NCBI GenBank assembly: GCA_963728205.1
Contig: CAVSIV010000006.1
Span: 32,001 to 96,000 of the forward strand
Length of the DNA: 64,000 nt
Reading direction: 5' to 3'
Source: an uncultured Chloroflexia bacterium
GTDB lineage: Bacteria; Chloroflexota; Dehalococcoidia; UBA2979
A model generated the notes under the pieces. It had not been told where the DNA came from. It made no database searches and saw only the letters and a list, made by a program, of their open reading frames with translations. The position numbers were made by a program, and so were the translations under genes. Position 1 is the stretch's first letter. Every line of letters begins with the position of its first letter. Below are positions 16,790 through 25,072 of this stretch, piece after piece.

Positions 16790-18739
16790 ATGAGCGGCGT
16801 GATGGCCCTGCTCTCGCTCGACGGGCGTCCGCTCTCCGAGGAGCGCGCGCACGCCATGGCGACGGCGATTGCGCACCGCGGCGACGGCGATCCGCGCCTC
16901 TGGCTCGGCCAGGCGGCGACCGCCGGAATCGCCCTCGGGCAGGCCCATCGCCCCACGACGCCCGAGGCCGAGCGCGAGGTGCTGCCCGGCAGCAGCCGGC
17001 ACGGCCAGGATCCGGGTCGCTTCTGGATCGCCTGGGACGGCCGCATCGACAACCGCGATGAGCTCGCCCGGCGCCTCGGGGTCGAAAGCGCGGAGGCGCA
17101 CGACTGGACGGACGCCGACTACGTCCTCGGCGCATACGCACGCTGGGGCAGCGATTGCGCCCCACAGCTCCTCGGCGACTGGGCCATCGTGATCTGGGAC
17201 GGCCTCCACCGCCGGCTCTTCTGCGCGACCGATCCCTCCGGCTCCCGCCAGCTCTACTACCGGGAAGCGTCCGGCATGCTCGCCGTGGGCTCGGAACCGC
17301 TGCAACTCTTCGCCGGGGACGGCGTACCCGCCATCCACCACGAGTACGCGCTGCGCTTCCTCGCGCAGGCCTACCTCGACCCGGCCGAGACCGAGTACGC
17401 CGGCGTGCGCAACCTTCCGGGCGGCACGGCACTGACGGTCGAGTGCGGGCGCCTCGCCACCCACACCTTCTGGCGCTACCCGCGCATCACGCCCCGCCGC
17501 TACCGCCGGCCGGAGGAGTACGTCGACGAGTTCGCGGACACGCTGGCCCGCGCCACCGCTGCGCGGCTGCGCTCGAACCGGCCGCTCGGCGTGTTTCTCA
17601 GCGGCGGGCTCGACTCCTCCTACGTCGCCGCCGTGGCGGCGCAGCAGGGCGCGAACCTCGTCGCGATCAGCAGCTACGCACCGGGCACCGCCTGGGACGA
17701 GCGCGGCTACCAGCTGCAGGTCGTCGAGCACACCGGCATCGCCTACCGCGCGGTCGACATCAGCGACTGCTGGGCCCTCACCCAGCGTTACCTGCCCGTC
17801 GAGACGTTCGACAGCATCCACCACCCGGGACAGTCCGCAATGGTCGTGCGCCTCGGGCGCGCGGCCGCGGACGAGGGCGTCGGCGTCACCCTCGGCGGCG
17901 ACGGCGCGGACGCATGGATGGGCGGGGCATCGACCTACATCGCCGACGCCGTCGTGCGCGCGCGTCCCGGCGAAGCACTCCGGCTCGCGCGCCTCGCCGC
18001 CGGCGCCCGTTCCGCTTCTACGCCGCGCACGCTCGCGCGTCACGCCGCGGCCGGCCTGCTGCCGCCCGCGTGGGTGCGCGCGGTGCGGCGCGCCCGCGGC
18101 CACGACCGCCTCCCGGACGCCCGGCCCGCCATCGTCGAGCCCGCGCGCCTGCGCGCTCCGCACCTCCCCGACGCCGGCACGGCGTGGTCCCCCCGCGCGG
18201 TGCGCCGCCGCGAGTGGGACGCGTGGCGCTGGCAGGGTCCGCAGCACGCGCCCTGGCGGGAACGCCACGCCCTCAGCCCGTACGGCGTCGAGCACCGCGC
18301 GCCCTTCCATGACCTGCGCGTCGTCGAGCTCATGGCGTCGACGCCCGACTGGGTCAAGCGCTTCCGCGGCCGCACGAAGGACGTGCTCCGCGAAGCCGAA
18401 TACCGCGTGCTGCCGCGGGCGATCCCCGATCGGCGGGACAAGGCGCCGTACGACGAGCTCTGGCTCCGCGGCGTGCACGACCGCGAACGCCAGCGCGTCG
18501 CCGACGCGCTGGACGCGGTCACGCGCCTCCCCGGCGTGCGCGCCGACGCGGCGCGCGAGGAGGTTGAGCGGTATCTGGACGCGGCGCACGCCGGGACGCG
18601 TCCCGCCTGGAGGCTGGTCAGCGCCGGCCTCTGGCTTCAATTCGTGGACACCCTGCGTTCGGTTCGGTCCAGTTCGAACGCAGTTGAAACAGGCAGGGTC
18701 GGCTCGCCGGCCCCCGCACCGAAAGAGGGCATCTCATGA
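16790..18739 (+). CDS. Lasso peptide cyclase C (asparagine-synthetase-like)
   Basis: Starts MSG (no catalytic Cys1), GRIDNRDEL, LSGGLDSS ATP pyrophosphatase motif, DER, GDGAD, RAPFHDLRVVE, K..LR, RRDK. Lies between B2 and the precursor. Confidence 0.92.
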   Translation: MSGVMALLSLDGRPLSEERAHAMATAIAHRGDGDPRLWLGQAATAGIALGQAHRPTTPEAEREVLPGSSRHGQDPGRFWIAWDGRIDNRDELARRLGVESAEAHDWTDADYVLGAYARWGSDCAPQLLGDWAIVIWDGLHRRLFCATDPSGSRQLYYREASGMLAVGSEPLQLFAGDGVPAIHHEYALRFLAQAYLDPAETEYAGVRNLPGGTALTVECGRLATHTFWRYPRITPRRYRRPEEYVDEFADTLARATAARLRSNRPLGVFLSGGLDSSYVAAVAAQQGANLVAISSYAPGTAWDERGYQLQVVEHTGIAYRAVDISDCWALTQRYLPVETFDSIHHPGQSAMVVRLGRAAADEGVGVTLGGDGADAWMGGASTYIADAVVRARPGEALRLARLAAGARSASTPRTLARHAAAGLLPPAWVRAVRRARGHDRLPDARPAIVEPARLRAPHLPDAGTAWSPRAVRRREWDAWRWQGPQHAPWRERHALSPYGVEHRAPFHDLRVVELMASTPDWVKRFRGRTKDVLREAEYRVLPRAIPDRRDKAPYDELWLRGVHDRERQRVADALDAVTRLPGVRADAAREEVERYLDAAHAGTRPAWRLVSAGLWLQFVDTLRSVRSSSNAVETGRVGSPAPAPKEGIS

Positions 18740-18864
18740 AGAAGACTTACGAGCGCCCGGCGCTGACGACCCGTGGCGACATCCGCGCCATCACCCAGGG
18801 CTCGGGCGCCCTCGGCTTCGATGGCTTTGACAGCACGTGGCTTCAGACGGACGCGGTCTCCTAG
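18736..18864 (+). CDS. Lasso peptide precursor A (42 aa; not in ORF track)
   Basis: MKKTYERPALTTRGDIRAITQ|GSGALGFDGFDSTWLQTDAVS*. YxxPxL leader motif, Gly, Thr at -2, core Gly1 and Asp8, C-terminal Ser. AGAGGG RBS; ATGA overlap with cyclase stop. Confidence 0.93.
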   Translation: MKKTYERPALTTRGDIRAITQGSGALGFDGFDSTWLQTDAVS

Positions 18865-18924
18865 GAGCGCGTTCCTGAGCTAGCGCGGCGCGCGGGTGTT
18901 GGACCGACAACTCGCGCGCGGCAC

Positions 18925-18954
18925 GTCAGTCGCAGGGTGTCTGTCTGTTCCTAG
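18925..18954 (+). promoter_or_regulatory. Degenerate shared motif upstream of the lasso kinase
   Basis: GTCAGTC...CCTAG with 26-nt offset; also shares GGTGTCTG with the 3591 copy. Confidence 0.25.
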
Positions 18955-19031
18955 AGAGGGCGGCGCGGCGGCCGCGTCGCCCTCTCCGTCAGTGATGCAC
19001 ATACGGACGCGACGGTGAGAGGACGGGCCCG

Positions 19032-20060
19032 ATGGCGACGCGAGCACTGCCCCCGCCCGCAAGCGCGTCGCCGCGCCGCGCGGGCGACCGCTACCACGCG
19101 CTCGGCGGCATCGTCGACTCCGACTTCCCGCTCGCTGATCTCGAGCCCGCCCGCGACGCGCCCGCCCTGGCGCCGGCGGCGGTCGTGCGGCGCCACGAGG
19201 GCACGTTCCCTCCGCTCGGCGCGCTCGTGCGCGAGGTGTGCGCCGCCGACGGGCGGCCGCTCCTTCGGCAGCACTCCTCGCCGGCCGGTCTGCAGATGGA
19301 CGTCGCCGGCGTCGGCCGCTTCTGGATCGACCCCGCAGGCATGAACGTGCGCTACCGCCTGGAACGCGGCGCTGCGGCGCTGGACGTCGAGAGCTACCTC
19401 CTCGGCCCGGTGCTGACGGTCGCGGCACAGATGCGCGGCGAGATGATCTTCCACGCCGGCGCGTTCCTGCTGGACGAGGCAGCCGTCGCCTTCACCGCGC
19501 CCTCCGGGGGCGGGAAGTCGACGCTGGCCGCGAGCGTCGCGCACGCGGGCTACCCCCTCCTCTCGGACGACGTGCTCCCGGTGCGCGAGGAACGCGACGC
19601 GCCGATGGCCTCCCCCTACCTCCCGAAGCTGAAGCTGCGCGACGACTCGCTCGCGATGCTGGGCGAGGCGCCGGAGCGGTTCGCGCGCACGCTCACGTTC
19701 CACGACAAGCGGCGCGTCCGCGTCGAAGCGGACGGGCTCGGCCGTCTCGCGACGCGGCCGGTGCCGCTGCGCGCCTTTTACCGGCTGGCGCCGCACCGGC
19801 GCGACGAGCGCGCCGCGACGGTCGACATCCAGCCGCTCGACCCGGCGCAGGCCTGCCTCGTGCTCCACTCCTCCGTCTACACGCCGGAGCTGCTCGCCGG
19901 CGCACGCGCCGGGCGCACGCTCGCCGCCGCCGCGCGGCTGGCGGCTGCCGTCCCCGTGCGGGTGATCTCCTACTACCGCAGCTACGAGCACCTGGCCGCC
20001 GTGCGCGACGCGCTGATCGCCGACGCGCGGTCACTGCTCGCCGAAGGAGCCGCGCGATGA
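19032..20060 (+). CDS. HPr-kinase-like lasso peptide kinase (PadeK/ThcoK-type)
   Basis: FHAGAF, Walker A APSGGGKSTLAA, LLSDDVL; first gene downstream of a precursor ending in Ser. Confidence 0.85.
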   Translation: MATRALPPPASASPRRAGDRYHALGGIVDSDFPLADLEPARDAPALAPAAVVRRHEGTFPPLGALVREVCAADGRPLLRQHSSPAGLQMDVAGVGRFWIDPAGMNVRYRLERGAAALDVESYLLGPVLTVAAQMRGEMIFHAGAFLLDEAAVAFTAPSGGGKSTLAASVAHAGYPLLSDDVLPVREERDAPMASPYLPKLKLRDDSLAMLGEAPERFARTLTFHDKRRVRVEADGLGRLATRPVPLRAFYRLAPHRRDERAATVDIQPLDPAQACLVLHSSVYTPELLAGARAGRTLAAAARLAAAVPVRVISYYRSYEHLAAVRDALIADARSLLAEGAAR

Positions 20061-21076
20061 CGCCTCCGCTGGTGTGCGTCGAAGGGCTGCATCGCGAGTT
20101 CCAGGGACCGCTCGACTGGCGGCGGCTCGCCCGCCTCCGCTGGGAGCGCCGCGGCGAGGCCGCGCCGCTGCGCGGCGTGACCTTCTCGGTCGACGCCGGC
20201 GAATGGCTCGCGATCATCGGCGGCAACGGCGCCGGGAAGACGACCGTCCTCAAGGTCATCGCCGGTCTGCTGCTGCCGAGTTCGGGCCGCGTCGTCGTCG
20301 ACGGGATCGACGTCGTGCGGCACCCGCGGCGCGTGCAGGCGATGGTCGGCTACGCGCTCGCGGACGAGCGTTCGTTCTTCTGGCGCCTCAACCTGCTCGA
20401 CAACCTCGAGTTCTTCGCGACGCTGGTCGGCGTGCCCCGCCGCGAGCGGCGCGCGCGCAGCGAGCACCTGCTGGAGCGACTCGACCTCGCAGCGCACGCC
20501 GAGCGGCCGTTCGCAGCGCTCTCGACGGGCATGAAGCAGCGCCTCACCATCGCGCGCGCGCTGCTCGGTCGCCCGCGGGTGCTGCTGCTCGACGAGCCGA
20601 CCCGGAGCCTCGACGGCGAGCACGCCCGCCAGGTCTGGTCGGTCGTGCGCGACGAGATGCAGGCGACCGGCGGATCCGTGCTGCTCGTGACGCACCAGCT
20701 GGAGGACGCCGTGTCCCAGTGTCACCGGGTCGCGACGCTCCACGACGGCGTGATCGCCCTGGAGTCGACCGCCGACCAGCTGCGCGAGCGCGCGTCCGGG
20801 TCACACGGCCTGATCATCGCCGTGCGCGACCTGCCTCGCCCCATGCTCGCCCGCCTGCGCGACTTCGAGGGTGTGCGCGACATCCGCGTCGCGTCGGAGA
20901 ACGCCGGAGAGCAGGTCCTCGAGGTGTGGACCCGGAACGGGGACCTCCCGCTGGCCGGGTTCATCGGCGAGCTCACCAGCAGCGGCGCCAGCATCGCATC
21001 GCTTCAGCAGGGCATCCCGCTCCAGGCCGTCCTCGAACAACTGCAGGCCGGCGTCCCGCAGGAGGTGCCCGCATGA
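20057..21076 (+). CDS. ABC-2 type exporter ATP-binding subunit
   Basis: GGNGAGKTT, LSTGMKQR, LLLDEPT, VTH; C-terminal extension; ATGA-coupled. Confidence 0.93.
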   Translation: MTPPLVCVEGLHREFQGPLDWRRLARLRWERRGEAAPLRGVTFSVDAGEWLAIIGGNGAGKTTVLKVIAGLLLPSSGRVVVDGIDVVRHPRRVQAMVGYALADERSFFWRLNLLDNLEFFATLVGVPRRERRARSEHLLERLDLAAHAERPFAALSTGMKQRLTIARALLGRPRVLLLDEPTRSLDGEHARQVWSVVRDEMQATGGSVLLVTHQLEDAVSQCHRVATLHDGVIALESTADQLRERASGSHGLIIAVRDLPRPMLARLRDFEGVRDIRVASENAGEQVLEVWTRNGDLPLAGFIGELTSSGASIASLQQGIPLQAVLEQLQAGVPQEVPA

Positions 21077-21870
21077 GCATGGCCATGGCCTTCGTCCGGC
21101 GCGACCTCCGGGTGGCGTGGAGCTATCGCTTCAACTTCTTCCTCCAGCACCTCAGCGTGCTGGGCACTCTCGTCACGATGCGCTTCATGGCCGACGTCGT
21201 CGGGTCGAGCAGCGCGTCGCTCGCCCCGTACGGCAGCGACTACTTCTCGTTCGCGCTGATCGGGATGGCGATCCAGCTCATGGCGTTGCCGGCGGCCACC
21301 ACGTTCCGGGACGCCGTGCGCAACGCGCAGCTGACGGGCACCTTCGAGGCGATGCTGGCGACGCGCGGACACCCGGCGCTGATGATCCTCTCGTCCGGGA
21401 TCTACGCGCTCGGCATGATGCTCGTGCGGCTCATCGTGATCGTGCTCGTCGTCGGGATCGTGCTCGGGGCGCACCTGCGGCTCGAGAACCTCGCCGAGGT
21501 CATCCTCGTGCTGGCGATGACGATGGGCGCGTTCTCCGCGTTCGGCCTGCTGTCGACCGCGTTCACGATCGCGACGAAGCAGACCGAGCCGTTCACGATG
21601 CTCATCCTCTCGCTGTCCGGGGTCGTGAGCGGCGTGCTCTACCCGACCAGCGTCCTGCCGCACTGGCTGGCGGCGGTCGCCCCGTTCCTGCCGATGACCC
21701 ACGCGCTCGAGCTCACGCGCGGACTCTTCATCCAGGGGGCGAGTGTCGGCTCGCTCGCCGGCAGCTTCATCGCACTCGCCGCGTTCACCCTGCTGCTTCC
21801 CATCAGCGTGGTCGTGCTGATGGTCGCGGTCACGTGGGCGAAGCGAACGGGCTCGCTCGCGCACTACTAG
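21073..21870 (+). CDS. ABC-2 type exporter permease
   Basis: RRDLRVAWSY, GTFEAML, SGVLYPTSVLPHWL, P.THALELTR; six TM segments. Confidence 0.92.
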   Translation: MSMAMAFVRRDLRVAWSYRFNFFLQHLSVLGTLVTMRFMADVVGSSSASLAPYGSDYFSFALIGMAIQLMALPAATTFRDAVRNAQLTGTFEAMLATRGHPALMILSSGIYALGMMLVRLIVIVLVVGIVLGAHLRLENLAEVILVLAMTMGAFSAFGLLSTAFTIATKQTEPFTMLILSLSGVVSGVLYPTSVLPHWLAAVAPFLPMTHALELTRGLFIQGASVGSLAGSFIALAAFTLLLPISVVVLMVAVTWAKRTGSLAHY

Positions 21871-22122
21871 CCACCGGCCGCCCGGCCCATCCCCGCCCGC
21901 GCGGTGCCGTGCGCCGCGCGGCGCCCCCGCGCGCGACGTCGCCCGCGTGCGCCTCTCTGCCCGCCCGCCTCGATCCCCCCGGTCTCCGCGCACTCCCGGC
22001 GTTCCGGACGCGCGCGCGAATGAGGGTCCCCCCGGGGCCATAGCAGGGTTTTCCCCGACGCCGGCCACCCCACCGATAGCGCTCAATCGCCACGGCGGGC
22101 TCACGGCAAAGGACGGAACCCC

Positions 22123-22533
22123 ATGCGCGACACCTATACCCTCGTACTCGGCCCGGCGAGCGCCGCCGACACGACACGAGAGATCGTTGAACACATCCGG
22201 GCGCGCGGCATGAACGCGTGGTCGGAATCGCTCGAGGACACGCCGCCGAACACGGCGGCCATGGCCTGGGCAGACGCCGTCGTCCTCGTCGACCCGACGC
22301 CGGATGCGACGCTCGCACACGCACCGATCTCCTGGCAGCGCAAGCCGCGCATCCTCGTCGCCGGGGCGTGGTTGGAGGGCACGTCTCGCGCAGGCCTCCT
22401 CGACGACGGATTCGATCAGGTGCTGTCATCGGAGTCGAGCCCGCTGATCATCGCGGCGCACGCCGAACGGCTGCTCAATCGTGGCATGATGTCTACCGAC
22501 CTTCGGAAGGGCCCCCTGGCGCCCGAGCGTTGA
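22123..22533 (+). CDS. Hypothetical protein, possible degenerate stand-alone receiver domain
   Basis: Alpha/beta pattern with DAVVLVD and GLLDDGFDQVL..IIAAHAERLLNR resembling a receiver C-terminus; AAGGA upstream. Confidence 0.55.
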   Translation: MRDTYTLVLGPASAADTTREIVEHIRARGMNAWSESLEDTPPNTAAMAWADAVVLVDPTPDATLAHAPISWQRKPRILVAGAWLEGTSRAGLLDDGFDQVLSSESSPLIIAAHAERLLNRGMMSTDLRKGPLAPER

Positions 22534-22626
22534 CGGGTAGACGCGGGCGGGGGTGTGGAGGTCTCCGTCGCGCGCGGGTGGTCGCCGGGCGCACGGCATG
22601 GTTCGACCTGGCGGTTCCAACGAGAG

Positions 22627-22656
22627 CGCAGCCCTTGCTCGACATTCTCGATCTAC
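22627..22656 (+). promoter_or_regulatory. Shared bipartite motif upstream of the response regulator
   Basis: CGCAGCCCTTGCTCGA...CTAC with 26-nt offset; TTGCTCGA also present in the 1744 copy. Confidence 0.35.
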
Positions 22657-22736
22657 AAGGAGAGCCGTCCCCCGGCTCGCTGGGTGATACCCCGCGAGGC
22701 GGCCCGCCGCGTCGACCAGTAGATCGTTCAGGGCTC

Positions 22737-23504
22737 ATGCTTGTCGTGCTCGGTACCGCGGATCCCGCAGTGAACCTCTCGATCGCTCGCGATCTCGCGC
22801 AGATCGGTTTCGCGGTGATCGGCGCTTCGACCGCCGCCGAGACGATCCGCAGCGCGTTCGACGCGCAGCCGGATGCGGTCATCGTCGACCTGCAGCTGGC
22901 GGAGGTCTCGGCGATCGAGCTGATCCGCACCCTGCGCGCGGGCGTCGACATCCTGATCCTGGCCATGGGCAACGTCAGCGGGCCGGCGGAAGTGGTCGCG
23001 ATCCTCGAGGCCGGGGCGGACGACGTCGTCCCGTACGCGATCGAGCAGGTCGAGCTCGGCGCGCGGCTTCGCGCCGGGCTGCGCCGTCGCACGCGGGCGC
23101 ATACCGAGGTGGAGACCGCTTCGCTGGTCACGACCGGCGACCTCGTGATCGACCGGACCATGCGGAGCGTGACCAAGGGCGGCGAACCCGTCCACCTGAC
23201 CCGCACCGAATACCGGCTGCTCGACGCGCTGGCGTCGCGCGTCGGCCAGGTGGCCCCGCACGGCTTCCTCGCGACGATGCTGTCGAGCTCCGATACGACG
23301 GGCAGCCTTCACTCGCTCCGGCTGTACATCAACTACCTGCGCAAGAAGCTCGAGGACGACCCCGGGGAGCCGGAGTACCTCATCACCGAATGGGGCATCG
23401 GATACCGGCTCGCCGCGCGACCGGCGGCGCGGATCCCCGCCAACGAGGCGGCGCCGCCCGAAGCCGACGAGACGAACGAGCCCGGGCCCGAACCGGACGG
23501 GTAA
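22737..23504 (+). CDS. OmpR/KdpE-type response regulator with atypical receiver
   Basis: PDAVIVDLQL, LEAGADD, winged helix VHLTRTEYRLL, LRLYINYLRKKLEDDP..P.YLITEWGIGYR. Confidence 0.88.
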   Translation: MLVVLGTADPAVNLSIARDLAQIGFAVIGASTAAETIRSAFDAQPDAVIVDLQLAEVSAIELIRTLRAGVDILILAMGNVSGPAEVVAILEAGADDVVPYAIEQVELGARLRAGLRRRTRAHTEVETASLVTTGDLVIDRTMRSVTKGGEPVHLTRTEYRLLDALASRVGQVAPHGFLATMLSSSDTTGSLHSLRLYINYLRKKLEDDPGEPEYLITEWGIGYRLAARPAARIPANEAAPPEADETNEPGPEPDG

Positions 23505-23515
23505 GGCCAGACCGC

Positions 23516-25030
23516 CTAGATCTGACCGCGTCCCGTCTCCGCTACTGCCCCCGCGCGCCGCGGTGCGCTCGCCCGTTCCGTCGCAAGCGGCAGCCATACC
23601 GTGAACGTCGTGCCCACGCCGGGCCGCGAGTCCACCGTGATCGTGCCGTCGAGCTCGGCGACCAGTTCGCGCGTCGCCACGAGCCCCAGTCCGTAGCCCT
23701 GCGTCGCGGTCTTCGTCGTGAAGAACGGCTCGAACACGCGGTCGCGGATCTCGGGCGACATGCCCGTGCCGGTGTCACGCACCACGATCTCGACGCCGGG
23801 CGCCGCGTGCTCCACGGCGGCGCCGACCATCCGCACCGACAGATCGACGTGGCCGCGCGCGGTCCCCGGGTCGGCCGACTCAATGAGCGACTCGAGCACG
23901 GCATCGCGCGCGTTCGTCAGCAGGTTGGTGCAGATGCGATGAACGTCGCCGGACCCCGCGGCCACGGGGAGCGGTGCGGGCGGCAGATCGAGTTGCAGGC
24001 GGATCCGCCGGTCGAGCCCCTCCTTCGTCGCGTCGACGGCGTCGCTCACAACCGCTCGGATGTCCGGGGTGAGCGACGCGGGGCGCTGCGCGCGGTCGAC
24101 GGCGGCGCGCGCGAACTCGATCAGCTCGCGCGAGAGGCCGGCGGCTCGCGTCGTCGCGCGGATCGCGCGGCCGAGGTGCTCCGGTTCGCCCGCATCCTCC
24201 ATCGCCATGTCGAGCGAGACGCCGATCACCGAGAGCAGGTTGTTGAAGTCGTGCGCCACGCCCGCCGCGAGCGTGCTCACCGCCTCCAGCCGCTCGGCGC
24301 GTGCCCGCGACGCCTCCGCGTCGCGCCGGGCACTGAGGTCGTGCCCGATCAGCAGGACGCTGTCGTCGCCGAGCGCGATCAGGTCGCAGTACACCGGGAC
24401 GACCGTGCCGTCGCCGCAGCGCACCTCGCGCTCGACCTGCGCCGCGCCGACGCCCACCGCGCGGTCGACTGTGCCCTTCGACGACGGGTCGACGTCGGCG
24501 ATGAAGTCGCGGAAGTGTCGGCCGAGGATCTGCTCGCGGGGGTACTTGAAGAACTCGCAACCGGCGTCGTTGACGTAGCTGTAGATGCCGTCGCCGTCGA
24601 TGATGCCAATCGGGTCGCTGGCCGCCGAGAGCGCGCGGCGGAAGCGGGCGTCGCTCTCGCGGCGGGCCTCCGCGGCGCGGCGATAGCGCAGGATGATGGG
24701 GCGAAGCGCCGCGGCCATGCCCGCCAGCGTGACGGCGCCGAGCAGCAGCGACACCTGGACGGTGCCCGGCAGCGCCGCATGGCCGGCTCGCGCGTACTGG
24801 ATCGCCGCGAAGGTGCGCTCGGCCGCCGACAGCGCGAGCGCGAGGCCGACGATCAGCCACACGCGGGCCTCGCCGCGCGCGGCGCCCCGCGAGAGGTCGA
24901 ACGCCGCCCACGCCGCGACCGCGAGGGCAGCCACCGAGATGGCGACGGCCGCTCCACCCAGACTGCCCACGAGAGCCCCCGCCTCACCCGACAGCGCGAC
25001 GCCTCGTCCCAGTATGACGAATGCATTCAA
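23516..25030 (-). CDS. Membrane PAS-domain sensor histidine kinase
   Basis: Three TM helices, PAS (YVNDAGCEFFKY), H-box GVAHDFNNLL, N-box NLLTNARDA, DTGTGM, FEPFFTTK, GLGL. TTG start uncertain. Confidence 0.92.
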   Translation of the reverse strand: MNAFVILGRGVALSGEAGALVGSLGGAAVAISVAALAVAAWAAFDLSRGAARGEARVWLIVGLALALSAAERTFAAIQYARAGHAALPGTVQVSLLLGAVTLAGMAAALRPIILRYRRAAEARRESDARFRRALSAASDPIGIIDGDGIYSYVNDAGCEFFKYPREQILGRHFRDFIADVDPSSKGTVDRAVGVGAAQVEREVRCGDGTVVPVYCDLIALGDDSVLLIGHDLSARRDAEASRARAERLEAVSTLAAGVAHDFNNLLSVIGVSLDMAMEDAGEPEHLGRAIRATTRAAGLSRELIEFARAAVDRAQRPASLTPDIRAVVSDAVDATKEGLDRRIRLQLDLPPAPLPVAAGSGDVHRICTNLLTNARDAVLESLIESADPGTARGHVDLSVRMVGAAVEHAAPGVEIVVRDTGTGMSPEIRDRVFEPFFTTKTATQGYGLGLVATRELVAELDGTITVDSRPGVGTTFTVWLPLATERASAPRRAGAVAETGRGQI

Positions 25031-25072
25031 CGCGCGGCGGGCCGTCGCGAGCGCTTCGGGTGGCGAGGCTGT

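Noticed and set aside
16790-18739. Housekeeping asparagine synthetase AsnB or EPS amidotransferase
   Set aside because: Lacks the N-terminal catalytic Cys (MSG) and is flanked by RRE, B2 peptidase and a precursor.
19032-20060. Canonical HprK/P of catabolite repression
   Set aside because: Only the kinase core motifs are recognisable; no PTS context; sits next to a Ser-terminated precursor.
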